A stretch of DNA of 64,000 nucleotides from an uncultured Gammaproteobacteria bacterium. Its GTDB lineage: Bacteria > Pseudomonadota > Gammaproteobacteria > UBA4575. A model generated the notes under the pieces. The model had not been told where the DNA came from. It did not search any database and saw only the letters and a list, made by a program, of their open reading frames with translations. This document shows positions 31,950-42,507 of this stretch, piece after piece. A program made the position numbers and the translations under genes. How positions within the stretch are numbered: position 1 is the first letter of the stretch; each line of letters begins with the position of its first letter. The stretch is from positions 1,849,712-1,913,711 of the forward strand of contig OX638335.1 of the NCBI GenBank assembly GCA_951812785.1, in the 5' to 3' direction.

Positions 31950-33683
31950 ATGGCGTTAATTATTAGTGGACTAGGTGCATCAAGAGGCATTGCTATCGGC
32001 AATGTGCATTTGCTATTACGCAGCTCTCTAGAAGTATACGAACGCACACTGTATCCAGATGAAATAAGTACAGAAGTAAAACGATTTAAGTCGGCAGTTG
32101 ACCGTGCAGGAAAACAATTACACAAGATTCAAGACTCTATTCCACCTGAAGCACCTAAAGAGATTGCTTCTTTTATCGAATCACACCTACTGATGCTGAA
32201 AGATTCGATGCTTTCCAAGGCTCCAATAGAAATCATCAAGGAAATTTATTGCAATGCAGAATGGGCATTGAAGTTGCAGCGCGACAAATTGATTGCAGTA
32301 TTCGAACAAATGGAAGATGACTATTTACAGACTCGTCAAAATGATATTGATCACGTCATTAATCTTATTCAGAAAATGTTATTTGATCATCAATATGAAG
32401 TTGAAAAAGAAATTCAAACATTACGCGGTTCTATTATTGTTGCCGATGACTTAACACCGGCAGATACAGTAGTCCTGCAACATCAAAACATTGCTGGCTT
32501 CATTACCGAACTAGGCGGCCCACTTTCACATACTGCTATTATTGCACGCAGCTTGGGCATACCCGCCATCGTTGGCATGCAAGATGCTCGCTTTCTACTA
32601 AAAGAAAACGAACAAATTATTATCGATGGCTCTGAGGGTATGGTACTTGCCGGTGTCGACGACAAAACCATCAAAGAATATAAAGCCAAGCAAAGAGAGC
32701 AAAAAGAAGAACGTAGAAAACTAGAATCTCTGCGTGATGTAAAAGCCAGAACTAAAGACGGCATTGCTATCAACCTGCAAGCTAATATTGAATTAACCGA
32801 TGATATTAAAGCGCTCAAACAAAGCGGCGCACAAGGCGTAGGCTTATATAGAACTGAGTTTTTATACATAGATCGCGATGAACCCGCCTCAGAAAACGAA
32901 CAATTGAGCGCATATAAAAAAGTAATTCGCGCACTTAAAGGACTGCCTGTAACAATTCGTACTTTAGACTTAGGTGCAGAAAAAGAATTCGATCCAAAAT
33001 ACAAAGGGCCACTAGTACAAAATCCTGCTTTGGGTTTACGCGGGTTAAGACGCTCTCTTAAAGACACTGAATTATTCAAGCTACAGCTGCGGGCAATTTT
33101 ACGTGCTTCTATCATTGGTCCAGTACGCATCATGTTCCCAATGATCACCAGCCACGAAGAGTTAATGATGGCGTTAACAGTACTTGATCAGGCCAAGCGC
33201 GAACTCAAAGAAAAAGACAAAGAATTTGATAATGAAATACCTATCGGCATTATGATCGAAGTGCCTGCTTCCGCTTTAGTGGCAGCGCGCTTTGCCAAGC
33301 AGCTTGATTTCTTATCAATAGGCACTAACGATTTAATCCAATATACGCTCGCCATCGACCGTATCGACGAATCGGTCAACTATTTATATGATCCGCTACA
33401 CCCTGCCGTGTTGAGGCTAATCCAGCTAACCTTACAAGCAGGTAATCGAGCTAAAATTCCTGTATCTATGTGTGGAGAAATGGCGGGAGATCCTCGTTAT
33501 ACACGTTTATTACTAGGCATGGGCCTAAGACATTTTAGTGCGCATCCTGCTACCGTGCTTGATGTGAAATCGATTATTAATTCTAGCTCTGTAAAAAAAT
33601 TGGAGCCTCAGTGTAAGCGCATTGTTAGCGCTGCAACTCGACCGGATAAAATTCACCAGTTAGTTGACCAACTAAACGAATAA
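31950..33683 (+). CDS. ptsI: Phosphoenolpyruvate-protein phosphotransferase (Enzyme I)
   Basis: GGPLSHTAIIARSLGIPA phospho-His region, FLSIGTNDLIQYTLA and CGEMAGDP motifs. Confidence 0.93.
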   Translation: MALIISGLGASRGIAIGNVHLLLRSSLEVYERTLYPDEISTEVKRFKSAVDRAGKQLHKIQDSIPPEAPKEIASFIESHLLMLKDSMLSKAPIEIIKEIYCNAEWALKLQRDKLIAVFEQMEDDYLQTRQNDIDHVINLIQKMLFDHQYEVEKEIQTLRGSIIVADDLTPADTVVLQHQNIAGFITELGGPLSHTAIIARSLGIPAIVGMQDARFLLKENEQIIIDGSEGMVLAGVDDKTIKEYKAKQREQKEERRKLESLRDVKARTKDGIAINLQANIELTDDIKALKQSGAQGVGLYRTEFLYIDRDEPASENEQLSAYKKVIRALKGLPVTIRTLDLGAEKEFDPKYKGPLVQNPALGLRGLRRSLKDTELFKLQLRAILRASIIGPVRIMFPMITSHEELMMALTVLDQAKRELKEKDKEFDNEIPIGIMIEVPASALVAARFAKQLDFLSIGTNDLIQYTLAIDRIDESVNYLYDPLHPAVLRLIQLTLQAGNRAKIPVSMCGEMAGDPRYTRLLLGMGLRHFSAHPATVLDVKSIINSSSVKKLEPQCKRIVSAATRPDKIHQLVDQLNE

Positions 33684-33849
33684 TATTTCATGAGTATGAC
33701 AAAGCGAATATTATCTAGAATGGAATATTCGCACATTATTTGTTCAATATTTTTAAACGTCATTACTTATAAATCCTTTTTTGCATTCGCTTTACTAACA
33801 GGTACACTTGATTACATCTATACTCGAGCAGCGCGATCAAGGACCAGCC

Positions 33850-35196
33850 ATGCCAGATACTCAAGCACGCGACAATCTACAAGTCATCACAGAAGCTCTC
33901 GATTCAGGAGAGATGCAACGTGCTGGGCATATATTAAATGCATTTCACCCGGCTGAAATCGCTCACCTATTAGAATCATTGCCACATTCTCAACGCATGT
34001 TCATTTGGAATATGCTAGATCGTGACGACGACGGTGAAATCTTACTTCACTTAGGTGATGAAGTGCGTAGCGGCCTTATTGAGGTGATGGATAAGAACCA
34101 GTTGATTTCTGCCACCGAAGGTCTGGACCTTGATGACTTAGCCGACTTACTAGCCGACTTACCAACTGCCGTTACTGATACCGCCCTTAGTAACCTTGAT
34201 ATAAGCGACCGCCAACGTTTACAAGCTGTTTTGTCTTTCGATGAAGATAGTGCTGGCGGCTTGATGAACACTGACACTATCACCGTTCGCAAAGAAATTA
34301 GCCTTGATGTGGTATTAAGGTATTTACGCTCACGCAAAAATCTTCCTGCTCATACTGACAGCTTATTTGTCGTTGACCGATATGAAAAATACATAGGCAC
34401 ATTAACTCTAGCTGATGTACTTACAAATGATCCTTCCACACTTGTTCAAGATCTTTTACAAGAAAATATAGAACCGATACTCGCCAACGATAGCGCCACC
34501 GATGTTGCACATACATTCGAAAATCTGGATTTAATTTCTGCCCCAGTAATCGACGAAAACCAAAAGCTACTAGGTCGTATTACAATCGATGATGTCGTTG
34601 ATGTGATTCGTGAAGAAGGCGCGCACTCTATTATGAGTATGGCGGGTTTAACTGAAGAAGAAGATCTATTCGCACCAGTGACTAAATCCACACGCCGCCG
34701 CGCACTATGGTTAGGCGTCAACATGCTTACTGCCTTTTTAGCCGCTTGGGTAATTAGTTTATTTCAAGATACGCTTGAGCAAATTATTGTACTTGCAGTA
34801 CTGATACCGGTAGTTGCAAGCATGGGTGGAATTGCTGGCAGTCAAACCTTAACCTTGGTAATTCGCGGATTAGCTCTTAAACAAATTGGTAAAGCCAACT
34901 CACGCATATTATTAATGCGAGAATTCGGCATTGGCATTCTTAACGGCTTACTTTGGTCAGTGATTGTCGCCATTATTGCTATTTTGTGGTTTCACGACCT
35001 ACAGCTTGGTTGGATTATCGCACTAGCGATGATGGCAAACTTAGTTTGTGCAGGACTCGCTGGTGTAGTGATACCGATCGCATTAAAAAAGTACGGCATT
35101 GACCCGGCGCTTGCAGGAGGTGTCATGTTAACAACCATCACCGACGTAGTAGGAATCTTCGCTTTTCTAGGATTAGCTACGTTTCTACTATTGTAA
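33850..35196 (+). CDS. mgtE: Magnesium transporter MgtE
   Basis: N-domain, 2 CBS domains, 5 TM C-terminal domain (GGIAGSQT.., TTITDVVG). I prefer the ATG at 33850 over the TTG at 33808. Confidence 0.9.
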   Translation: MPDTQARDNLQVITEALDSGEMQRAGHILNAFHPAEIAHLLESLPHSQRMFIWNMLDRDDDGEILLHLGDEVRSGLIEVMDKNQLISATEGLDLDDLADLLADLPTAVTDTALSNLDISDRQRLQAVLSFDEDSAGGLMNTDTITVRKEISLDVVLRYLRSRKNLPAHTDSLFVVDRYEKYIGTLTLADVLTNDPSTLVQDLLQENIEPILANDSATDVAHTFENLDLISAPVIDENQKLLGRITIDDVVDVIREEGAHSIMSMAGLTEEEDLFAPVTKSTRRRALWLGVNMLTAFLAAWVISLFQDTLEQIIVLAVLIPVVASMGGIAGSQTLTLVIRGLALKQIGKANSRILLMREFGIGILNGLLWSVIVAIIAILWFHDLQLGWIIALAMMANLVCAGLAGVVIPIALKKYGIDPALAGGVMLTTITDVVGIFAFLGLATFLLL

Positions 35197-35218
35197 TAAC
35201 TCTTCGAACTTCACTCCG

Positions 35219-35455
35219 ATGAAAAAACTAAAGAATGAAAAAGAACTAGTTAAAAAAGCGATTGCAGCCGGTGTTAAGTACGGCGAACAAAGAGGTGTGG
35301 TTGAATTTGAAGCAACTGACTCAGCCAGTGAAAAAATAGAATATATTTATCGCTTATTAGTACACGACAAAGTAATTCAAGCTATTCCTCAAGAACAGAT
35401 CTCACAGCAATCAATGCGCCATAGGCTAGCCATTTGGGCCTCTAAGTTAGAATAA
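35219..35455 (+). CDS. Hypothetical 78 aa protein
   Basis: Only an intact ORF in a tight intergenic slot. No family recognised. Confidence 0.35.
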   Translation: MKKLKNEKELVKKAIAAGVKYGEQRGVVEFEATDSASEKIEYIYRLLVHDKVIQAIPQEQISQQSMRHRLAIWASKLE

Positions 35456-35480
35456 CCTAGAAAATAACAAGGCGTTTTTG

Positions 35481-35864
35481 TTACCTGGCTTGATTGACCA
35501 TCAAAATAGTTTTTTCTTCAACCTCTTGAGCTATTTTTGCCAAAACCTCATCCTCAGATAATGCAGAAAGCATCTCTTGCGGCTTAATTAATCCAATTTT
35601 AGTTTTATTGTTTTCAGTAAACACCGATATTCGACAGGGTAAAGCCATATTTAGGCGCATATCTGTAGACAAAACTTTAGCAGCCTGCTGAGGATTACAA
35701 ACCTCAAAAATTTTGCAATCATCCTTAAATTCAACACCTTTGCTGCGCAGCGTTTCTCCAATATTATGTATATGCAACACACCAAATCCATTCTGTTTGA
35801 CAGCGACATCCAGATCGGTAGCTGCCTGTTCAAAAGATTTGTCTGATTCAACAATGTAATACAT
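35481..35864 (-). CDS. DUF302-domain protein
   Basis: 127 aa. The pattern ..SFEQAATDLDVAVKQNGFGVLHIHNIGETL..FEVCNPQQA is typical of DUF302. Confidence 0.75.
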   Translation of the reverse strand: MYYIVESDKSFEQAATDLDVAVKQNGFGVLHIHNIGETLRSKGVEFKDDCKIFEVCNPQQAAKVLSTDMRLNMALPCRISVFTENNKTKIGLIKPQEMLSALSEDEVLAKIAQEVEEKTILMVNQAR

Positions 35865-36160
35865 TAACCACCTCTCAAAATAAACGTCATCGCTACTAGT
35901 ATAAACTTACTAACTCAAAACAGTATCCATATCGATTCATAAACTAAGCCACGAGGAATAATTGCAGCTGCTTTACTCGTCAGAGCTTATAAATAGCCAG
36001 AGCATTTTCTCCCAGCTGCTCTCTATAATCTTCAAATAGAAAAGTATATATCTAGCAGCACCCCATATACATTAAACACACTTAATATAGCGAAATCAAT
36101 CAATTACATTATTTTTAATTTATGCAAGCATTAGAGAAATGCTTGTTTTACAGTACAGAC

Positions 36161-36727
36161 TTAAGCCTTGGGGAGTGTGACGCCAGTCTGTCCCTGGTAC
36201 TTACCACCGCGATCCTCATACGACGTCTCACATTCTTCATCAGATTCAAAAAACAACATCTGGGCAACACCCTCGTTAGCATAAATTTTTGCAGGCAATG
36301 GTGTAGTGTTTGAAAACTCTAAAGTTACATGCCCTTCCCATTCTGGTTCTAGCGGGGTTACATTAACAATAATGCCACAACGTGCGTATGTCGATTTACC
36401 CAAACACACAGTCAACACCGATCTAGGAATACGAAAATATTCCACCGTGCTAGCCAACGCAAACGAGTTAGGCGGGATAATACAAACATCCCCTTCGAAG
36501 TCGACAAAACTTTCAGGATTGAATGCTTTAGGATCAACGACAGCAGAATTAATGTTGGTAAAAATTTTAAAGTGATTTGAGCAACGTACATCGTACCCAT
36601 AACTAGAAGTGCCATAGGAAATGATTTTCTCATCATTAACTTGTTTTACTTGGCCGGCAACAAAGGGCTCTATCATTTGTTGCTGATCCGCCATTTGCCG
36701 AATCCAGCGATCAGATTTAATCGACAT
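36161..36727 (-). CDS. dcd: dCTP deaminase
   Basis: [13 protein letters not shown].. start, 188 aa, GYDVR and EPEWEG motifs. Confidence 0.95.
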   Translation of the reverse strand: MSIKSDRWIRQMADQQQMIEPFVAGQVKQVNDEKIISYGTSSYGYDVRCSNHFKIFTNINSAVVDPKAFNPESFVDFEGDVCIIPPNSFALASTVEYFRIPRSVLTVCLGKSTYARCGIIVNVTPLEPEWEGHVTLEFSNTTPLPAKIYANEGVAQMLFFESDEECETSYEDRGGKYQGQTGVTLPKA

Positions 36728-36737
36728 AGGAATTTAC

Positions 36738-37206
36738 TTATTTAAATGGTGAAACGAATGGCAGCTTAAAGTCGCCCTGCTTGGAAAATGGAATCGCGTA
36801 ATTAAATATTGATGTTTTGATATTGCCCTTAACCGTGTAGTCCGCATGGCCAGTTCTTAGCACTTCCGGCAATGTTTCGATAATACCGAGGTAAGATAGA
36901 CGCGCAGGCAACTCAATTGCCTCACGACCAAACGCAGGCACTGAAATTGAATGATCATCTTGACCAGTCACTAATTTTCCCCCAGAGACAAACACTTCGT
37001 AACTCAATCCGCGTGCACTCAATCGAACGTCATTTAGGATTATCAATATCAAGCGTAGCAATCGCATCAATACCACTTAATGTCGCATCAGTAATTTCCA
37101 AGCCACGCACCTGAACATTAGGCTCAATTAGCGGCTTTGAAAGAGGTCCCGCACATCCTGCCACTAGCAGCACGATACTCAGTAAGCTAACAACAATACG
37201 AAACAT
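36738..37206 (-). pseudogene. LEA_2/NDR1-HIN1-like lipoprotein gene split by a 1-nt frameshift
   Basis: The 5' piece, MFRIVVSLLSIVLLLVAGCAG.. (lipobox), runs to ..TLDIDNPK*. The 3' piece continues in another frame as NDVRLSARGLSYEVFVSGGKLVTGQ... Removing one A from the AAA run (plus-strand TTT, 37033-37035) restores ..DIDNPNDVRL... Confidence 0.75.
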
Positions 37207-37227
37207 CGAGAAAATCCTTAATAATTA

Positions 37228-38319
37228 TTATGTATTTTGAATAACGATTTTAGGGAATTTAGCACTATAGTCTTTACTTTTCACGGCTAATTTAGCCGCT
37301 GTTTTGCGCGCAATTTCCTTATAAATTTGACTAACCCGGCTATCTGGGGCGGCAATGACTGTTGGTTCACCACCATCGACTTGCTGACGTATGCTCATAT
37401 CAAGAGGAAGTTTACCAAGCAATTCCACGTCACTTTCTTCTGCCATCTTTTCACCGCCGCCAGTGCCAAATATAGCTTCTTCATGACCGCATTCGCTGCA
37501 TATATGCAAGCTCATGTTCTCGACCACACCCAGTACAGGCACTTCAACCTTTTCAAACATCTTCAGACCCTTGCGCGCATCTAACAAAGCGATGTCTTGT
37601 GGTGTCGTCACAATCACAGCACCACTCACTGGAATCTTTTGCGCGAGTGTTAATTGCACATCCCCAGTGCCCGGTGGCAAATCAACAACCAAATAATCGA
37701 TATCTCTCCAGCGCGTATCGTTAAGCAGTTGCTCTAATGCCTGTGTCACCATAGGACCACGCCAAATCATTGGAGTTTCTTCATCAATTAAAAAACCAAT
37801 CGACATTGCTTGAAGGCCGTGGCCTTCCATTGGCTCCAGACTTTTGCCATCACTGGATTCTGGTTGGCCTGAAATACCCAACATGCGTGGCTGACTCGGG
37901 CCGTATATATCAGCATCAAGCACCCCCACCGTGGCACCTTCTGCTGCCAATGCTAAGGCCAGATTCACTGAGGTGGTTGACTTACCAACCCCCCCTTTAC
38001 CCGAAGCCACCGCAATTACATTCTTAATATTTTCCATAGGCTTGAGGCTTTTCTGAACGGCATGCGCCCGTATATTCCACCCGATAGTAATATCCACGTC
38101 CACAACGCCATCTAATTTACTGACTTCTGTGCCAATTTTTTCTGACATTTCCTTGATCATACTCTTAGCAGGATAGCCAAGCTCAATCACAATGGAGACT
38201 GTATCGCCGTCCACTTTAATATCTTTTACCCACTTTGCAGCAACTAAGCTCTTGCCGATATTGGGGTCTTCAATGGTCTTTAGGGTATCTTCTACTTGCT
38301 GTGGGCTAACGCTCGCCAT
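37228..38319 (-). CDS. apbC: Fe-S cluster carrier ATPase ApbC/Mrp
   Basis: N-terminal DUF59-like domain, deviant Walker A SGKGGVGKSTTSVNLA, CxxC (CSECGH). Confidence 0.92.
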   Translation of the reverse strand: MASVSPQQVEDTLKTIEDPNIGKSLVAAKWVKDIKVDGDTVSIVIELGYPAKSMIKEMSEKIGTEVSKLDGVVDVDITIGWNIRAHAVQKSLKPMENIKNVIAVASGKGGVGKSTTSVNLALALAAEGATVGVLDADIYGPSQPRMLGISGQPESSDGKSLEPMEGHGLQAMSIGFLIDEETPMIWRGPMVTQALEQLLNDTRWRDIDYLVVDLPPGTGDVQLTLAQKIPVSGAVIVTTPQDIALLDARKGLKMFEKVEVPVLGVVENMSLHICSECGHEEAIFGTGGGEKMAEESDVELLGKLPLDMSIRQQVDGGEPTVIAAPDSRVSQIYKEIARKTAAKLAVKSKDYSAKFPKIVIQNT

Positions 38320-38458
38320 GGGGTGAATCCTCTCAGTGACTAATTTCTATAAAATGGGGTGCAGTTAAACACTCCAGCACGCTTATTCCTAGCTCCTGAT
38401 TGAGATATTCAGTGTCTACGCAATCTATCTAGCCGCACTTTTAGTAAGCTGGTAAGGT

Positions 38459-40513
38459 ATGCCCTCATTAAGCAATTTGTTCTGTAAACACGTGAATAAT
38501 CGAAGAATTTTAGTCACCAGCGCCCTTCCGTACGCCAATGGATCGATCCATTTAGGCCATCTTGTCGAGTACATCCAGACGGATGTGTGGACGCGCTTCC
38601 AAAAAATGTGCGGGCACCAATGTATTTATGTCTGTGCCGATGATGCCCATGGCACGCCGATCATGATTCGCGCACAACAGGAAGGAATCACCCCCGAAGA
38701 ACTGATTGCCAACACCAAGCAAGAACATGAACAAGATTTTGCTGACTTTCATGTTAACTTCGATAACTTCCATAGCACTCATTCGGAAGAGAACAAATAT
38801 TTTGCAACCAGTATGTTTAAAGCGTTGCAAAAAAATGATTACATCAGTACTAAAACTGTTACAGATTTATTTGATCCTAGTGAAAAAGTATTTTTGCCCG
38901 ATCGTTTCGTGCGCGGGACCTGTCCGAAATGCAAAACAGAAGATCAATACGGTGATAACTGCGAATCTTGTGGGGCTACTTATACACCGTCAGATCTAAT
39001 CAACCCTCGCTCCGCACTCAGTGGCGCTGAACCAATTGAAAAAGAAAATTTACATTACTTCTTTAAACTCAGCACATTAGAACCTGCGCTAAAAGAGTGG
39101 ACTCAATCGGGCAGCTTACAACCAGAAATTACCAATAAAATTTCAGAATGGTTTGAGGATGGCTTGCAAGACTGGGATATTTCTCGTGACGCTCCCTATT
39201 TTGGTTTTGAAATTCCTGATGCACCAGGTAAATATTTTTATGTGTGGCTAGATGCGCCGATTGGTTATATGGCTAGCTTCAAGCATTATTGCAATCGTAC
39301 GGGTGAGAATTTCGATTCATTTTGGAAGCTAGGCAGCGATGCTGAGTTGTATCATTTCATCGGTAAAGACATTGCTTACTTTCATACTTTGTTTTGGCCG
39401 GCCACATTAATGGGCTCAGGCTGGCGTACACCCACCAGTGTTTACTGCCATGGCTTCTTAACTGTAAACGGACAAAAAATGTCTAAGTCGCGTGGCACTT
39501 TTATTAAAGCGCACACTTACTTAAATCATTTACAGCCCGAATATTTACGCTATTACTTCGCAGCCAAATTAAATGATGGCGTGTCCGACATTGATTTAAA
39601 CCTTGAAGATTTTCAACAGCGTGTCAACAGCGATGTCGTCGGAAAACTAGTGAATATCGCTAGCCGATGCGCAGGATTTATTTACAAAAAGTTTGACGCC
39701 AAATTAACTTCTCAATTTATCCCGGAAGGTACCAATGCTTTAAAACTTGCTAGCGAAAAAAATATAAAGATAAAAAATCTATACGAAGCACGCAAATATT
39801 CTGAAGCCATGCGAACTATTATGAGCCTTGCTGACACTGCCAACCAAGTCATTGATCAGTACAAACCTTGGGAACTAATCAAAGACGAAGCTAATCGCAC
39901 CGAAGTTCATCAAGTTTGTAGTTTTGGTTTAAATATATTTCGCTTACTCATTGGTTATTTAAAACCAGTAATGCCAGAACTAGCCAAAAAATCTGAAGCT
40001 TTCTTAAACACTGAAATCAGCTGGAATGATTTAGCTAGCGGAAAACCCTTTATTGAAGGCCATGAAATTAACAAGTTCAAACCTCTCATTACGCGTATTG
40101 CAAAAGAGTCTATTGAAAACATGATTGAAGAAACCAAACAAGATGCAGCACCTAAAGCCAGCGATCCTATTAGTGATGAAATTTCATTTAATGACTTTTC
40201 TAAGTTAGATTTACGCGTAGCGCGTATTGCAAAAGCCCAACACGTCGAAGGCGCTGACAAATTACTCCAACTCACTTTAGACCTCGGCGAACCGACTGGC
40301 GGTTTACAAAAAAATGTATTTGCTGGCATCAAAAGCGCCTACAAACCAGAAGACTTAGAAGGCAAACTCGTGGTGATGGTTGCCAATCTTGCTCCTCGTA
40401 AAATGCGTTTTGGTTTATCCGAAGGCATGGTGCTGGCTGCTAGTGGTACTGGTAGCGGATTATTTGTGATTCATCCTGATGATGGTGCAGCACCAGGAAT
40501 GCGTGTCAAATAG
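38459..40513 (+). CDS. metG: Methionyl-tRNA synthetase (with C-terminal tRNA-binding domain)
   Basis: [13 protein letters not shown] (HIGH), KMSKS, and zinc knuckle CPKC..CESCG. Divergent from mrp, as in E. coli. Confidence 0.96.
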   Translation: MPSLSNLFCKHVNNRRILVTSALPYANGSIHLGHLVEYIQTDVWTRFQKMCGHQCIYVCADDAHGTPIMIRAQQEGITPEELIANTKQEHEQDFADFHVNFDNFHSTHSEENKYFATSMFKALQKNDYISTKTVTDLFDPSEKVFLPDRFVRGTCPKCKTEDQYGDNCESCGATYTPSDLINPRSALSGAEPIEKENLHYFFKLSTLEPALKEWTQSGSLQPEITNKISEWFEDGLQDWDISRDAPYFGFEIPDAPGKYFYVWLDAPIGYMASFKHYCNRTGENFDSFWKLGSDAELYHFIGKDIAYFHTLFWPATLMGSGWRTPTSVYCHGFLTVNGQKMSKSRGTFIKAHTYLNHLQPEYLRYYFAAKLNDGVSDIDLNLEDFQQRVNSDVVGKLVNIASRCAGFIYKKFDAKLTSQFIPEGTNALKLASEKNIKIKNLYEARKYSEAMRTIMSLADTANQVIDQYKPWELIKDEANRTEVHQVCSFGLNIFRLLIGYLKPVMPELAKKSEAFLNTEISWNDLASGKPFIEGHEINKFKPLITRIAKESIENMIEETKQDAAPKASDPISDEISFNDFSKLDLRVARIAKAQHVEGADKLLQLTLDLGEPTGGLQKNVFAGIKSAYKPEDLEGKLVVMVANLAPRKMRFGLSEGMVLAASGTGSGLFVIHPDDGAAPGMRVK

Positions 40514-40521
40514 TACATCAC

Positions 40522-41157
40522 ATGAAATCTGCGGCGATCTCATTTAGCAAAACACTTGCTGTAATCGATGAAGACCGCTGCATTGGTTGCACGCTATGCA
40601 TCAAAGCCTGTCCATTCGACGCCATACTAGGGGCATCAAAACAACTACACAGTGTGATCAATCAATTCTGCACGGGTTGCAAACTATGCATTAACCCCTG
40701 TCCTGTTGATTGCATCTCAATGCAACCTAATCACGCATTACAGAAAATTGAACCTGTTACTCCAGACTTTAGTCAACATAAGGCTTGCGTTCATTGTAGT
40801 GATTGTATTCCTGCTTGCCCAAACAACTTAAACCCAGATTCCTTATACGCAAATATTCGCAGTAAACATTTCATCCTGGCCGAAAAAAATTCGCTAAATT
40901 CATGCACACAATGCGGTGAATGCAATCAGGTATGCCCCAGCAGTATCCCATTGTCACAGACTTTTACTTTCGGCATTAACATGCTGCAATACAAAACCGA
41001 CAAAAAAATCTTTACTCACGAAAGTAAGCAACGCGTTAATATTCGCAAACAACGACTAATACAGAAAAAAACTCAACAGCTGGATTTTTTATCCAGCAAT
41101 AAACAGAGGCTTGCAGATAAACTACAAGCACTTAAGAACTCAGCTTTAGAAAAATAA
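40522..41157 (+). CDS. 4Fe-4S dicluster ferredoxin, RnfB C-terminal-domain-like
   Basis: [36 protein letters not shown] and [12 protein letters not shown] cluster motifs. Directly upstream of nth. Confidence 0.72.
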   Translation: MKSAAISFSKTLAVIDEDRCIGCTLCIKACPFDAILGASKQLHSVINQFCTGCKLCINPCPVDCISMQPNHALQKIEPVTPDFSQHKACVHCSDCIPACPNNLNPDSLYANIRSKHFILAEKNSLNSCTQCGECNQVCPSSIPLSQTFTFGINMLQYKTDKKIFTHESKQRVNIRKQRLIQKKTQQLDFLSSNKQRLADKLQALKNSALEK

Positions 41158-41183
41158 TTCATTTCAGTGACTTCCTTCCGATC

Positions 41184-41816
41184 GTGAACAAAACCAAACG
41201 CACAGAAATATTTAGTCGCTTACGCGAACTGAACCCGCACCCCACTACCGAACTAAACTTTAACAATGAATTTGAATTGCTGATTGCAGTAATTCTTTCT
41301 GCGCAGGCAACTGACGTTGGCGTTAATAAAGCCATTGGTCCACTTTACAAAGTTGCCAACACACCTGAGGCTATTTATAAGTTGGGTGAGAAAAAGCTAA
41401 AGACTTATGTTAAAACCATTGGCCTGTACAACACAAAAGCTAAGAATATTATTAAAACATGCAAGATTTTGATAGATGAGCATAATGGCCAGGTCCCTGA
41501 GAACCGAGAAGCATTAGAAGCTTTACCTGGAGTCGGTCGAAAAACAGCCAATGTGGTGTTGAATACAGTATTTGGGCATCCCACCATTGCAGTCGATACA
41601 CATATATATAGGGTGTCTAACAGAACAGGCATTGCACCAGGCAAGAATGTCATTGAAGTTGAGAAACGTCTGCTGCGCCTAGTTCCTGAAGAATTCAAAC
41701 GCGATGCCCATCATTGGCTGATACTTCATGGCCGCTACACCTGTATTGCACGCAACCCTAAATGCTTAAATTGTACAATACATGATCTATGCGAATTCAC
41801 TAAAAAATCTTCCTGA
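41184..41816 (+). CDS. nth: Endonuclease III
   Basis: HhH-GPD (LEALPGVGRKTANVVL), catalytic Lys/Asp region, C-terminal Cx6Cx2Cx5C cluster loop. GTG start. Confidence 0.95.
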   Translation: MNKTKRTEIFSRLRELNPHPTTELNFNNEFELLIAVILSAQATDVGVNKAIGPLYKVANTPEAIYKLGEKKLKTYVKTIGLYNTKAKNIIKTCKILIDEHNGQVPENREALEALPGVGRKTANVVLNTVFGHPTIAVDTHIYRVSNRTGIAPGKNVIEVEKRLLRLVPEEFKRDAHHWLILHGRYTCIARNPKCLNCTIHDLCEFTKKSS

Positions 41817-42032
41817 TCAAAAACATATCAGCATCATCCGATAGAGTGGGAACTCTATTATTTTTATTACCTCTAAAAAATTGCAACCATTTTACCTTAC
41901 TTATAGAAAAGTAATAAATAACGCTAAATAATTTGTAATATAAGCTCTATACCCAAGGTCTTTATATTCAGAAAGTAATGATCCAAAAATAATTTTAAGT
42001 AATACCTCAACAAACAAGTACGGAGAACGTAA

Positions 42033-42341
42033 ATGTCTAAGAAATTTGAACTTAAGCCAATCGCTGCGGCAGTCGGTGCTGCATTAACTGCAAGTGTTAT
42101 CGCTATGCCTACCGCTAATGCTGACGCAAACCCATTTGATCTAACAGAGCTTTCTTCGGGCTACATGGTTGCAGGCAACCACGAAGGTAAGTGCGGTGAA
42201 GGCAAATGTGGCGAAAGCAAAGCCGGTGCTAAGAAAATGAAAGACGGTAAATGCGGTGAAGGTAAGTGTGGTGAAGGTAAGTGTGGTGAAGGTAAGTGTG
42301 GTGAAGGTAAGTGTGGTGAAGGTAAGTGCGGCGAGAAGTAA
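42033..42341 (+). CDS. Secreted Cys-repeat RiPP precursor, HvfA-like (8 x GKCGE)
   Basis: Sec signal peptide ending ..PTANA/DANPF, then a conserved-looking NPF..LSSGY segment, then GKCGEGKCGE ... (GKCGE)x6. Good SD (ggaga). Every Cys lies in a repeat. Confidence 0.85.
   Translation: MSKKFELKPIAAAVGAALTASVIAMPTANADANPFDLTELSSGYMVAGNHEGKCGEGKCGESKAGAKKMKDGKCGEGKCGEGKCGEGKCGEGKCGEGKCGEK
42186..42335 (+). repeat. 15-bp coding tandem repeat (ggtaagtgtggtgaa): 2 copies at 42186-42215, 6 copies at 42246-42335
   Basis: Counted directly. The four units at 42261-42320 are nucleotide-identical. The flanking units differ at synonymous positions. Confidence 0.95.
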
Positions 42342-42423
42342 TTCCCGGCAACTAAGCTCCACTGGTATCAGGATTGATACTGACATACTAGATTTAAATT
42401 TACATTGAATCTAGAACACTGAA

Positions 42424-42457
42424 ACGGCGGGATCCTAATAGGACCCGCCGTTTTTTT
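42424..42457 (+). terminator. Rho-independent terminator after the precursor gene
   Basis: acggcggg(a)tcc-taata-gga-cccgccgt stem-loop followed by TTTTTTT. Confidence 0.85.
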
Positions 42458-42507
42458 ACCCATAACATATATACTAAACATCAAACATAAGATGTTGGAG
42501 AGTACTA

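Noticed and set aside
32483-33148. A long (221 aa) antisense ORF inside ptsI, plus similar cases such as 43185-43709, 23713-24120, 16683-17081 and 39955-40332.
   Set aside because: All lie fully inside strongly supported conserved genes on the other strand. They have low-complexity Ser/Leu/Arg-rich translations and no recognisable motifs, so they are typical shadow ORFs.
33690-33956. An 88 aa ORF between ptsI and mgtE.
   Set aside because: It overlaps the mgtE 5' region in another frame. It is Ser/Arg-rich with no motif and no SD.
42141-42386. An 81 aa minus-strand ORF with LTFTT repeats.
   Set aside because: It is the antisense shadow of the GKCGE tandem repeat. It has no SD and lies inside a well-supported plus-strand gene.
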